A stretch of DNA of 44,052 bases from Macrostomum lignano (taxonomy: Eukaryota), in contig NIVC01002107.1 of NCBI GenBank assembly GCA_002269645.1, positions 1-44,052 of the forward strand, given 5' to 3'. The translations under genes and the position numbers were made by a program. A model generated the notes under the pieces. That model was not told where the DNA came from. It worked only from the letters and a program-made list of their open reading frames with translations, and did not search any database. This document shows, piece after piece, positions 30,818-43,000 of the stretch (positions within the stretch are counted from its first letter, which is position 1; each line of letters opens with the position of its first letter).

Positions 30818-33800
30818 ATGTTCAATCGTGCTCGAAACTTCCTGGAAAGCAAAATAGAAGATATTTTGGAGAAGAATGCAGCAGAAAATGCAGTCAAAGC
30901 TGCTGCCAGTGGTACAAGAGAAGATCTGGAAAAATATTTGCAAAAGATTTCGGACAGAGACAGCTCGGACAAGTGTTGCACGGAGGCGACAAAAGCTGCA
31001 GCCTGCAGCAGCCAATGGCCACGGAGAAGTTGTCGCTGCTCTGATGGAATTCTTTTTCGACGAAAGCAGTAAAGTTAGTTGTTGTGCGGAAGCAGCCTGG
31101 ATCGCTGCAGGAAATCAGCACTGGAATGTTGTGACTTTTTTGGTGCAAAGCATCTCTGACGAACAACTGCGAGATGACTTCTGTTCATCTTACATAAAGG
31201 CCGTTTCGGAAAACGCTGGCACAACAGACGAAACTTTTGAAGACGCTCCTGCACTTGCAAATAACGATCTTTTTAACCATGAGCTCATTATTTTTCTAGC
31301 AGGTACAATTAGCGATGGGCAACTCAAAGATCAATACTGCATGGACGCTGCAGAATCTGCGTCCAGCCATGGCAATATGAACTGTGTGGCCTCTCTTGGG
31401 CAGATGATTTCTGATTCGGACGGCCGGGATTCTTTCTGCATCTCCTATGCAGAGCAATCTGCTGCATCCAATTGCTTGGAAGCAGCTACTTCGCTTTTAA
31501 GAAATATTTCTAATCCAGCACTTAGAGATAAAAAATGCATCGATTTTGCTGAATCCTTTGTATTATCTGGCAGTTGGGATATCGCGAAGTCTCTAGTTGA
31601 GCTGATCGCTGACCCCAGTCGCAGGTATCTGTGCTGCATGAAGCTTGCAGACTTAGCACATTCATCTGCTCAGTGCGAAGATCTGGTTTTTCTGGCTCTA
31701 ACCATTGAAGACAAAAACATGAGGGATCAGTGCTGCCTGAAAGCAGTAGAAATCCTTGCAGACAGAAACGAATGGAATGAAGTGAAAACTTTCATTGAGA
31801 TCATTGACGATCAAAGCATTCTCGAAAGTAGCTGCATGATAACTGCAGGGGCTGCAGCAGATACGAAAAACTGGGATGTTGTCGCGACTGTCGGCAAGTA
31901 TATTCCTTCCAGCATGTTGCTGAAAGACGAGTACTGGAGGTCCGCGACGGAGACTGTTGCAGAAAAGATGGATATCCGCAGACTCAACGAGTTTCTTGTG
32001 TCCACTGCTTCAAAAGCCGGAGTCGGGGTCAGTTCCGATCTTTATTCCTCAAGCTCGGACGGAACAGCAGTGGCAGCCATTCCAGCTGACTGGCTGCTCC
32101 GCAACTCTCCACTGCTGAAGCTGCTCTCTCAGCACCTGGAGATTCCTGGTGACGATTCAGTTTTACGATATACGCTGTCTAAAATGCATGCCGTTCGCAT
32201 CGCTCAACTGCTCTGCCTGTCCATCACGCACAGTCTTGTCGCACTGGCACTCACGATAATCAGAAGCCAATACTATAGCGACACGCATGTCGATCAGCAG
32301 AATAGCACAGGAGCAACCGCTTTAATGCTGGCAGCAGATGCGGGTCAGCACGACGTCATCAATGAATTGTTACTTCACGGTGCGTCTGTGAGGGCTGCAG
32401 ATGGCCAAGGTCGGACGGCTCTGTCTCGAGCGTGCATAGCGGGCCATGTTTTATCTGCCAAGGTTCTGATAAACGAAGGAGCAGACCCAAGTCATCAAGA
32501 TCACCAAGGCATGACATGCGAGCAGCTGGCTAATCAATATCATAACTACCAAGTGCTTCCGGTGCTGCAAAATGGGTGCGTCTTTTAATCAATATATATA
32601 TTTCTTTTTTTCTGAACGTCGATGCAAATTCATAGACTACGAAAGGGCACTACACCTTTTTTCATTCAATTTCAACCAAAGTCGGCATTCAATTTCAGCA
32701 AGCTGGCATTCAAAATCGGCAATCTAAATTAGCCAACCAAATCTTCATTCAATTTAAGCATGCTCGCATTCCATATCAGCGAACCACATTCAGCGAACTG
32801 CATTCAATTCAATTTTGTCTCAAACTTGTCTGCTCGTCTATGGGTAAACTTTATTGACGCGTGCAGATTTTGCACTCAATTTCGGCAATCTGCATTCAAT
32901 TTCAGCAAAACACATTCGATTTCAACCACAGACGAATGTTCAATTCCATGTACAGTTTACATCCAAAGAGGCTTTGTCGATCCTTTCATTTCACTTCACC
33001 CCAGCTTTCTGTTTTTTTTACTGCAAGTGTAGATATCGAGCATAGATATGAGTGACAATGAGATCATTAAAGAACAAGCTGACGAAGAAATTGAGTCAGA
33101 AGAAGAAGAAGGTCGAGGACCAAACGCACGAGTTTCTGACAGAGATAGAGCCCGCCTTATCGATGCCCACGAGACAGGGCAGGACTATTTACAACTTGCA
33201 GAGCTCATGAACATCAATGGGGACTGAAGGGCCACACTTGACGTGACTTCGATTTTCTGTTTTTGTTCCCTATGACACTGTACATGTATTGGACGACGTT
33301 CGTTTTGTTTTACGTTAAGTTAATAAAATTTTGCTGAATTTGAATGCAGATTGCCGAAATTGAGCGCAAAATCTGCACGCGTCAATAAAGTTTACCCATA
33401 GACGAGCAGACAAGTTTGAGGCAAAATTGAATTGAATGCAGTTCGCTGAATGTGGTTCGCTGATATGGAATGCGAGCATGCTTAAATTGAATGAAGATTT
33501 AGATGGCTAATTTAGATTGCCGATTTTGAATGCCAGCTTGCTGAAATTGAATGCGACTTTGGTTGAAATTGAATGCAAAAAGATGTAACAAGTCGTGAAA
33601 ATTTCACTGGAGGCCGGTTTTGTTCTGGTAATGTTGTTTCTCTCGACCAAGTTTGTCTATGGTAAAGCTCTATTTAATGTATGCAATGCAAGAGCAAAAT
33701 CCTTGCGAAATCCGTTTAGACAAGCAACCATAGCTAACATGCTTGCAACGAAAATTGGCCCCAATGAAATTCAGGAAATTTTTTGAGTTTCACTCATCCT

Positions 33801-35979
33801 CCTTCTTACAATGTCTTCCATGTACAAAAACGAATTTAAGTGTTTTAAAATTAATTTTGTGCTTTTAGAACTTCGGAAAACACGACAATGGATGTTTTGC
33901 GTCAACAAACTCGGTAAGCGATTCGGAGGTTGTCTAAATGCATTGTCCTGGTGCCAAAACCATAGACACAATCTACTATTGAGAGCATGTTTCTAAGAAA
34001 ATTTTGCTTCTGTTTTTTTAAATACGATCGTATGTGTTACTGAATATTTAGCTTTAACAAATTTAGAAACAGAGAGCTAAGTCGGAGTTGGCACCAGCAG
34101 CTTACCCAGGCAGGATTCAGTCTGCGCAGGGCAAAGTGTCAGCAAGTACTGGGTCGCACTCTGCAAACGCTGGTTCAAAGCTCTTCAGATGGTCAGAGGC
34201 AGATGACTGGCAGCTACCGAGAAGGCTGGGGGAACAGTCTCGTGCAGGTGAACGGCAGAGTAGGGGCTCAATCCGACATCGACTGGACTACGATGGACTC
34301 TAGACAAGTAACTCACCTGAAAGGAGGCTGCCAAAGGTCTGAAAATTGCAAAAATTCTCCACTGCTTCAGGTTAGAGAAGGCCACGCTCAGGTGCAAGCT
34401 GGATCGGGTAAGTTTTGCCCAGCTTATCAGTAACGCTTGCTTGTGCTCTGTTAAACCTTACAACTTTAATAGTCAAGCCGCAACGAAGATCAAAGACTGA
34501 TTTAAAGTACTAACTGAGCCCTGGCAACAATTCGACTAAGGTATAAACTCTTGTTGTCTCTTTTCAGGCAGCCAGCCGGCGATGACGACCCTAGCGAGCG
34601 GTGTTCGACCCACAGAAGACATCTGCGAAGCTATCCAATGTTGCAGCGACTTCTGTCAGGACCGAATTGCAAAGCTTCTTCCTAACCGAGATCTGCCCCC
34701 AGTGCACCTCGTTAGAGCGACTCGACCCAACTCGCCGAACGAACTCAGAGTGAGTTTCAGCTTCCATGAAAAAGAAATCTTGGAGAGCGTAAGCGAAGTA
34801 CAAGGCCAACTTTTCGTCATCTTGAAATACATATTTAAGATATACATGCCCATCAATTTGCAAACACCGGGTCTCAAGACCTACCACGCCAAGACTTTGC
34901 TCCTGTTCATGCTGGAGAAGCAAGGCAAAGATAGCAGCGTTTGGCATTCGGTGGAGAACTTGGTCGATCTGCTAAATGAATCGCTCGACACGATGCTAAG
35001 CTTCGTTGCTTCCGGCAGCTCGCCTGATGTCTGCATGCCGCACTTCTTCATGCCTGACGCTCCGTTGTACTTCAAAAATGCTGGAGTCGGAGGTGACTTA
35101 GTCAACACAAGGACAAAAGTTTCGGACCAACTCAGAGAGATTAGAAGCAATATAAGACAGGTGTATGAGGCAATGAAAGAACAGATGATGTCTCTACAGT
35201 CGGAGGACTTCTACTTTCACCCGTTCACTTTGCTACCTCTAACCAGAAAAGTAGAAAAACCTTTTCAAGCCACACAACCTGCAGATTCATCCATTGCGGT
35301 CTACTGCATGGTGAACCAATGCATGGTTGATCTGCAGTCAGAAGCAACTGACAAGGACGAGCTAATGGAACAGCTTAATATCCTGGATCAGCTTCAGTGG
35401 TGTAAATGCGCAGTCTTGTGCATGAAAGTCATGGCGCATTTGAAATCCGAGGATTCTGCACAGGCTGACATCCTCCTGAAGAAGCTGCAATCGCATCAAG
35501 TGCAGAGAGGTTGGAAGCCTGAAAACCTTCTGAGTAAAGACTTTTTCGATATTGAGGAAGACTGGGCGTGGAGGTTTTGCCTCCCCTGCGACAGTCCGCC
35601 TCGACTGCCGTTCCTCCCTGAGTTCACTCAGACTCTGTTGAAAGCCAGACTGTCGCAGCCTGGCTCCGCCCACCTGTACGTGAATTTTCGCTGCCTGAGC
35701 TGGAGTCTCCAAGCTGAGCTTCTACGAGATCTTCCAATCGACATTTTTGACGAGTGGCGTGTTGAACTGCAAGAAGACCAGGATTTAGAGGAGCTTCTTA
35801 CCCTGGCCCACTACAGCCAGTCGTTGGAACACTGGGAATTCTGCAGGCACCAAATCGAGACCATAATCTCTGAGAAACGCGTTACCCTGGATGGCGACGA
35901 ACTTCGACTCGTCCTTGACAAGCTTTCACCAATAAGTAGATTCGAATATTTAACAAACAAAAAGTCTGATATTGGATAG
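30818..35979 (+). CDS. cGAS-like receptor (Mab-21/cGLR nucleotidyltransferase) with N-terminal 33-aa helical repeats and ankyrin repeats; exons 30818-32575, 34067-34407, 34568-35979; one +1 frameshift near 31000
   Basis: Splice phases match (GG|GT..AG|A phase 2; G|GT..AG|GC phase 1). Exon 1 has ankyrin repeats (GATALMLAA, GRTALSRAC). Exon 2 has the NTase signature TGSYREGW..SDIDW. Exon 3 has QPAM..EDICEAIQC, LRVSFSFHEKEIL, LKTYHAKTLLLFMLE and CMPHFFMP, all typical of Mab-21 folds. Confidence 0.85.
32653..33585 (+). mobile_element. Internally deleted Tc1/mariner-like transposon with TIRs of about 257 bp, in intron 1 of the cGLR gene
   Basis: TA TSD (32651-32652 and 33586-33587); near-perfect TIRs 32653-32910 and 33329-33585 containing repeated CATTCAATT motifs; an internal 59-aa ORF at 33048-33227 (RVSDRDRARLIDAHETGQDYLQLAELMNIN) resembles a transposase N-terminal helix-turn-helix. 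Confidence 0.8.
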
Positions 35980-37786
35980 CATTCAGTTGGGATTTTTTTT
36001 ACATGATTTAGAAATAACTTAAGGAAAGACTATTAGGCTTTATTGTACAAGTCACCCTGGGTTCATCATTATTACAGGTGCAAGGCAAAAATTTAAGGCA
36101 GGAAGGGCGATATCAATAGAATACAAAATCTTTATTTTAGCTCGTATGAATATAAACTGTTCTAATAATCCTTATCAACACTAGAAAAGAAAACTGTGAC
36201 TTTATGTGAATCGATTTTAAATAAGGAGAAAATGTTAATGTGGCATGTGAGTTGCATAATTGCTGGACATTATCGCACATTCAAGTCTGATTGATTAAAT
36301 CTTGACCAAAGCTAAATTATAAAAAATATAAAAAGGAAGTCAACCGAAGGCATGTCTTTCTAGGCTCCTACAATAAGTTTATTCCTTTTTTGACTGAAAA
36401 GAAATAATAGCGCTGTACTTATATAGTTTATTCGAATGACAATTATATGCAATCGTTTTTGTCTTAAAACTGTTTTTCTCATGTGCCTCAATTTTGGTAC
36501 GAGCTTCTGTCCAGCGCATTCGGTTCTCTAATCATGTATATTGTAAAGTACAAATATGCTGTGCAAAACCTGCAACTGCATGTATTAATTTTTTTTGAAA
36601 AGTGCGTTTTGATTTGATATCCCTTATCCGGATTAGATGCATATCCTTGCGTGTAGTTTTATTATACTACGTTTTAACGTCCTCCATGTACGTTCGTAGT
36701 ATTGGCTGGACGTGAAAAATCCATCAATTATATATAGGGCGGTCGCGATATTGAATGTTTCAAATAAAGCTGACTGTCAAGGACTACTAAAGTACTCGTA
36801 GAAGGACGCAACACTCGAAATTTATCGAAAATGTTTTGAAGGCCACTTTTTGCCGAAAAATACACTACGGAGATGGGAAATTTTAATTTTTAAGCAAAAA
36901 ATTGTTATTGCGTTCGATAGGAGGCAGATCCAACTTTAATATTCTGAAATGTTGTGCCTTTCTTATAGCTCCATTCATATATAAAGCTTTTGGTTCAAAA
37001 AATAGGATTCATGTTAATCCTTTATTCTACGTACATTTTCTGCAACTAAAAATCATAAAAATCATGGTTTTATGAATCTATCTTATCATCTCCGTTACAC
37101 ATATTGTTACCCAGATAGCTAAGAATAACAAAATAGATTCATAAAACCAATGAGCTGTGCCGTGCCATTTTAATGGTTTTTTGGGCAATTGACTCACCCG
37201 ATTTCTCACTACCGGTGTCTCACCTGACTGACTGACTGAAAGAATATAAGATATAATGTATGTGATAGGGAATTCCATTAGTCCATAGAGAAATCTACTA
37301 TCCCATTCTACTGAATTACTCGTACTTTCAATGAAGTACCACTGGGTGACGAATTGAATCACGACAGAATAATTAGTTGAGAATTGAAAACGAGCAATGC
37401 GTGTACTTACAGAAAGCAGAAGTAAAAGCAGATATTTGAGACGCGTTGAAACAAACAACACAAGGCTTTTAGGCCGAAAGGAAGGAGAATTCATAAAAAC
37501 TGCCGAACGCCACACTGCGATGCCTCGCATGATGTGAAAAAGCAGGCGCTGGGGAGCAGTGATACAGCGCGGAGTCTGCAAGCCGCTCCCAGTAAACAGT
37601 TTGCAGTGTCGCTTTGGCAACAAAGTAGCGAAAAATGCCGAATCAAACAATTGAGCATCCCCATTGCCGCGCCTGCCATCCCAACCGTTGATTTAGAGAA
37701 AATTCAAAAAAGACGACAGCCCAAGCAGGTAGCAAGAGACAGAAGCAACAAGCCTACTCGTTTCTAAATCTGCACAGCCGCTGACA

Positions 37787-38630
37787 ATGCAGGCCTCATC
37801 AATTCTGTCGCTTCTCTGCTGCTGCGTCGCTTTCGGCTGCTCGCTGGGCGCCGAATTCGGCCTGGTGGGCTGCTTCGTGGACACCGAAACTCGAGACCTC
37901 GGCGGACTCGAAGGCAGGTCCACCATCGGGCCGTACTCGGTGTCTCACCTGAAAGGTTCATTTGTCGACCTCAGCGAGATGACTCTGGAACTGTGCAGCG
38001 AGATTTGCGCCTATGGAAACTTTGAGTACTTTGGCGCGCAGTATGCAAGCGAATGCCGCTGCGGAAACTCCTATGGCATCCACGGCCAGGCTGCCAACAG
38101 CGACTGCAACATGAACTGCGCCGGCAACTCTGCCCAAATCTGCGGATCAGCTTGGAGAAACTCCGTGTACCGGCAGGTCTACCTTCGTCCAGGTGAGTTC
38201 AATTGTTCTAACAGTATTTATTGATTTGTCATGAGAAAGTAAACTCAGAGTATGAGCAAGCTAGCGTCAAAGCCGATTTAAACTTTGATACGCTCGTACA
38301 CGTCACACGTCACGACACACAGTGCAATGCTAACTGAATTCTGATGGCTCACTGGGTCAGTATCACCGGAATTGCTGTGAACTCTCTCTGTCCCTAACAG
38401 TCAGCGGATACTTCACTTTTGCTGATCGAGTCTACCTGAACATGACCTCCTCCAGCGGGCCCTTCTACCGCACCGTGCAGCCCGTGATGGGCCTGAATGA
38501 GTGCCTGGTTCGTTGCCGTGCCGACTGCCAGGCCGTGCTGTTCCACCTGAACGCTTGCTACCTGCTGAGATTCGCCGCTGTGCCGCACGAGCTGAGGGCC
38601 GTGGCTGGAGATTTCGCCGTTCGCTTGTGA
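37787..38630 (+). CDS. Secreted WSC-domain + PAN/apple-like protein; exons 37787-38192 and 38401-38630
   Basis: Signal peptide; WSC motifs VGCFVD..MTLELCSEIC..YFGAQYASECRCGN..CNMNCAGNSAQICG..NSVY; phase-1 intron; exon 2 has ECLVRCRADCQAVLFHLNACYLL. Confidence 0.88.
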
Positions 38631-39384
38631 AGAATCTCCGTTCGTGCCTGATTCAAAAGAAAGACTCATCATGGTTGCTGAAACCTTTGATCGTTGAAGT
38701 GAAAACCTTAAAACTTTTATGAGACTGGCGAAAATCACTGCATCAAATTGCTATAGTAATAAAATTGCAATTGCATTACAAAATTTGTCGTAGACTTAAT
38801 ACTTTAATTCTTGGGTGATCGTTCCATGAATCTTCTGCTATATACCCTTAAGTGCTGAACACCTTGGACCTTGTCGGGGACAAACCGTCCGTGTTGGTCA
38901 AGCGCTTGACCGCCTATATGGAACAGTGTGGCCTGCATGAGAGACCTGGTCCCGCCCGACCTTGGCACTGCAGTGAGCAGTGCCACCAATCTAGTGGCGC
39001 ACAATTAGTCCTACATGTACCTTCGTTTGTCATTCCTAGTCAACACTGTTGTGTCGTGTAACCTGACAGACCAACTTAATGATAGATAATGTTTTTACGC
39101 TAATTTCTACTATAACGTAAATGCTAACTATTAGCATTTAACTATTATTATTATTGTTGTCTTTTACGTATACTGCCACTTTAAGTAGAATAGTTCATAA
39201 ATTATTTGTATAATGTATTATTAATCACGTGACATTTCTGGGTCTTTAATTTATCGATCGTGCAGTTTTTTATAGTGTAGTTAAAATATCGATCATGTAG
39301 TTTTTCTTAAATAACAAAATATAAATAAAGCAACTGTGCGCACCTAGCTTTCAACTACAACTGGAAACCTCAAGTCTCGGCTAC

Positions 39385-40010
39385 ACAACAGACACTGGAG
39401 CAGCAGTTTCCATCATCCCTCCGCAGTACATTTATCTAAGCTGAAACGTACATGAGACGCAATGAGATACCACCAAAACATCTACCGCCAAAGGTATGAT
39501 TGCCGTCGCAGGTGAAATTCCACTCGAGGTAGCGATTCGAGGCCTGCAGCGTTCCTTCCGTTGAACCTACCTCGTGGCCTTTGTCTTTCAATACTAGGCT
39601 GCGATTTCCTCCCGAATTTCTGACTGCAAGGCACGACTTCTGGTAGATCCCACGACGTGACTTCATACGCCAGAATTCCATGACCACCCTCAGCATCCCA
39701 GCTTTTACCGTCACACCAGCCTATCCGGTAGGCTGCAACGCACGGATCAAGCGCAGTTGATCGACCGCTTCCAGGAAAAATTCGCCCAGCTACGAGGAAG
39801 GAGTTTCGATGTGGTTCAGCACGACACAGTGCATCGAATCGACACCAGCAACCAATACCCGGTACACTCCAGAGCCCGTCAGCTGCACGTGGAGAAGTTG
39901 GCCGCGTGGCCTGAGAAGAATTTCAACAGCTAATCGACACCGGCTATATTCGGCCATCTAAGAGCTCTCAGGCATCACCACTCCACACATGGTTAAGAAG
40001 TCGGACGAGG
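39385..40010 (+). mobile_element. Decayed Gypsy-type LTR retrotransposon pol fragment (protease and start of RT)
   Basis: DTGAAVSIIP protease active site at 39391, ILGCDFL, VHRIDT..PVHSRARQL, GYIRPSKSSQASPLH; many stops and frameshifts. Confidence 0.8.
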
Positions 40011-43000
40011 CACTCATAGTAGTACATATATACGTAGTACGAGTAGTAGCGACGACTATGTGAACTGACTAAACCGTGCCCTTAACAAAGTCCCGAAATT
40101 AGATAAATTTAAATGTACTGTAGCTACCCAGTACGGCACATTCAGAGCTTCACTTGCTACTTGCATGGCACCACGAAATGTAGTAAACAGGATCTGGTGC
40201 ATCATCAAATTTCAAATGCGGAGGACGACAGTCCAAAGACAATTCAATCATCACGCCTTTATTTTTTGGTCTTTTCAGTTGACCATAATTGTGAAATAGT
40301 GACACGTCGATGAACTTTAAAATACGAAGGTTGTGCGCACTGAATTGTTGCACGTAGGAAGGCTAGTCTGTGTAGTCTCTGTAGTCTCTTCGCTTTTGGG
40401 GGTCTCTATTTGAACTAGCTTTTAACCCTCAATTTGGTGTCAAAACCGGGCGGAGCAAGAGTGCATGTACTCAACCTCCGGCCAATACATGTAATACCCA
40501 AAACCGGCCCTAACACGCAAAAAGGGGAACAGATCTAGATCGAGAGCGAAACCAGGCAAAGGGTGCAGTCAATCAGCGTGGCCCGAACCCCGAAGGGCAG
40601 AGCTGACAATAGTAAAGCCAGCTTCTCGATCAGAGAAGGGCAGTACACTGGGAGTTGGCCGGCCCAAACGCCGAGCTAAAGCAAACTGGAAAGTGCACAT
40701 GCACAACTCTACACAATACAGCCACATGGATCTCATGATTTGGAGGAGTACATGTACATGTACGTGTACGGGCCATCGATCAATATGAAGAATGCCAATA
40801 TAATTAACCCGAAGAACACAGTTCGAAGCGGAACTTTACCAATATCCTCTCATCGTAGGTACATACGTAGCTACATAAGAAGCTATATGTTTGGCTCCAT
40901 GTACAGAAGTCTTACATATACCACGGCGTACATGCATGTACCACGAACATGTACACACACGGTGCAACGGAAGAGTGAAGAGAACCCACCGTAATCATTG
41001 TCTATAAATGATTAACTAAAAGCATCCGACACTCCGTATACTCGAGCCTATCTTTTCCACATGGAAAACTAGTGATCAAAGACAAAACAAAAGTGCCACC
41101 GCTTGCAAAGTTCTTGCCTTCAAGCCTGATTCATTTAAGTTCGCGTTCGCTACAATTAATTAGCTTAAAACAAAACTTAAATAAAACTGTAAAAATTAAA
41201 GTGCAGAGTGACCGATTTAAAGGCGAATAAAAAGTTAGAAAAAAGCTAAAAAACAAAGCTAGCTAATTCGCGTTTTTTGAAGCTTTGTGCAGATAATGCC
41301 TTTTAACTTCATTTAAAATCTTGTCGCGCCATATCACACGACACGTGATAGGCATATGCGTGCTCCAGTAATGGGTCTTTCTAAGCAGGCAGCGGCCAAC
41401 TTTTTTGCTTAGAAACCTCTTTCCTACATTCAGATCGCATTACGTGAGACAATGACAAAACTTTATTGCTTGTTTTTTTCCTAGATATGTCAAAAAGTAA
41501 GCAAAAAGGGCTAGGCCCTAGCCGCCCTAGGGCCTACTTCAAAGCCAAAGGCAAAACATATGGCTTATCCTAAGCATTAAATTTAGTGGGTAGCCATTGC
41601 ATTAGTAGGCCTACAATGAATTCAGTCATTGAGGCCGAGCGTCCTGGTCCCGTGACCTAATATGCATACAAAAGGCAAATTGGAATAAAAAGTAGGCCTA
41701 GTTTTTGTGAGGCAATTGTTTTTGTTATGTTATGGTGACTCTATAAATAGTGAGACAGTTATTTTTACAGTTTTACACTTAAAACAAATACCATCTAAAT
41801 GAAGTGACAAACTTGCTGTGCAAATACTATGATGGTTAAATTAAAAAAAATAAAGAAATGTTTTATTAATAAATAGGGGGGCCTACAATAGTAATTTCTA
41901 GTGGTTCTTGTCATGGTAGCTTACTTTAGGTAATTGTTAATTGTTTAGGAAATTTCTTCCACATGACTGTAAAAATAGCCATTTTGCTTCTTACCTAGGG
42001 TGACCATAACATAAAAATAACAGTTTTGCTATTTATACAGTTACATTAAGATTAAGTAAAGACAATAGGCCCGCATTAGCTGCATTCTGCATAATGTCTT
42101 ATGCATTAGCCGTTAACCATAAAAATAACCATTTTGTTATTTATATAGTCATTGTAACAATAACAACTGCCTTTTTTCAAATGAATTATTTATTTAATGA
42201 ATAATTTAAGAGCAATAATAAACTAGGCCTATATTTAGACAAGCGGCCAAGAAATAGAAAAAAAAAAACTTTATAAACATATAATCTGCTTTTATTGACA
42301 TTTGGATGATAACAAACTAGGCCTAGGCCTATCTATGTCATCTTTTTTATAAGAGTAAAGACTTATTAAAACTTGCATAAAACTTTTGCATTTTTTACAT
42401 GGTAGCAGTATTAGGTTCTAATGGCAGATTCAGTATTTTTTATTGTTATTTCAAAGTGTTTGCCTAACTAGGCCTATTTTATTTATTCAATTAGTATCTA
42501 TCTCTAAGTAGGCCTAATATCATTAGACAAACACTCTAGTCATAACATTAGTCAGTCAATTTACACTATTGTTTAAATTAGCCTATTATGACTAGGCCTA
42601 TGAGATCCTTTTGCATTTGAAATAGGTTTATTTCCTTAGGTAGCAAGTCCCATAAGCTAGGGCCTATATACAAGGTGGAAAAGTTGAAAAACAACATAAA
42701 AAGGTATCAACTTTAAAAGTGAATAAAAAACAATAAATAATATAAAAAAGCCACAATACAAACTAAAAAGTTTATAAGTTGATGAATGCTGCTTTCTGAT
42801 AAGTGTCTAAGTGTTTAAATTGTGCAAATGTACAAAAAAGTTTTACTTGGTCAAACTCTTTACATTTGTATTAAATTTTTAAAATGAAGCCAAAAAGTGG
42901 AAAAAACATGCTTCTAGAAAAACTGTGGTAATGTAGCTCGCTTTAAAATTAGCAAAAGAGCAAATGTCAAAACAAACATTTAATCTATTTAAACTGCCAA

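Noticed and set aside
30876-32588. Stand-alone ankyrin protein ending at 32588
   Set aside because: A phase-matched donor at 32576 joins it to the NTase exons, and the repeat pattern extends upstream to ATG 30818.
34067-35979. Bacterial CBASS CD-NTase operon or contaminant
   Set aside because: The gene has spliceosomal introns and animal genes on both sides, with no operon structure or cap genes.
40340-40720. Possible solo LTR next to the Gypsy fragment
   Set aside because: It has a TG start, but I found no second copy, TSD, primer-binding site or polypurine tract.
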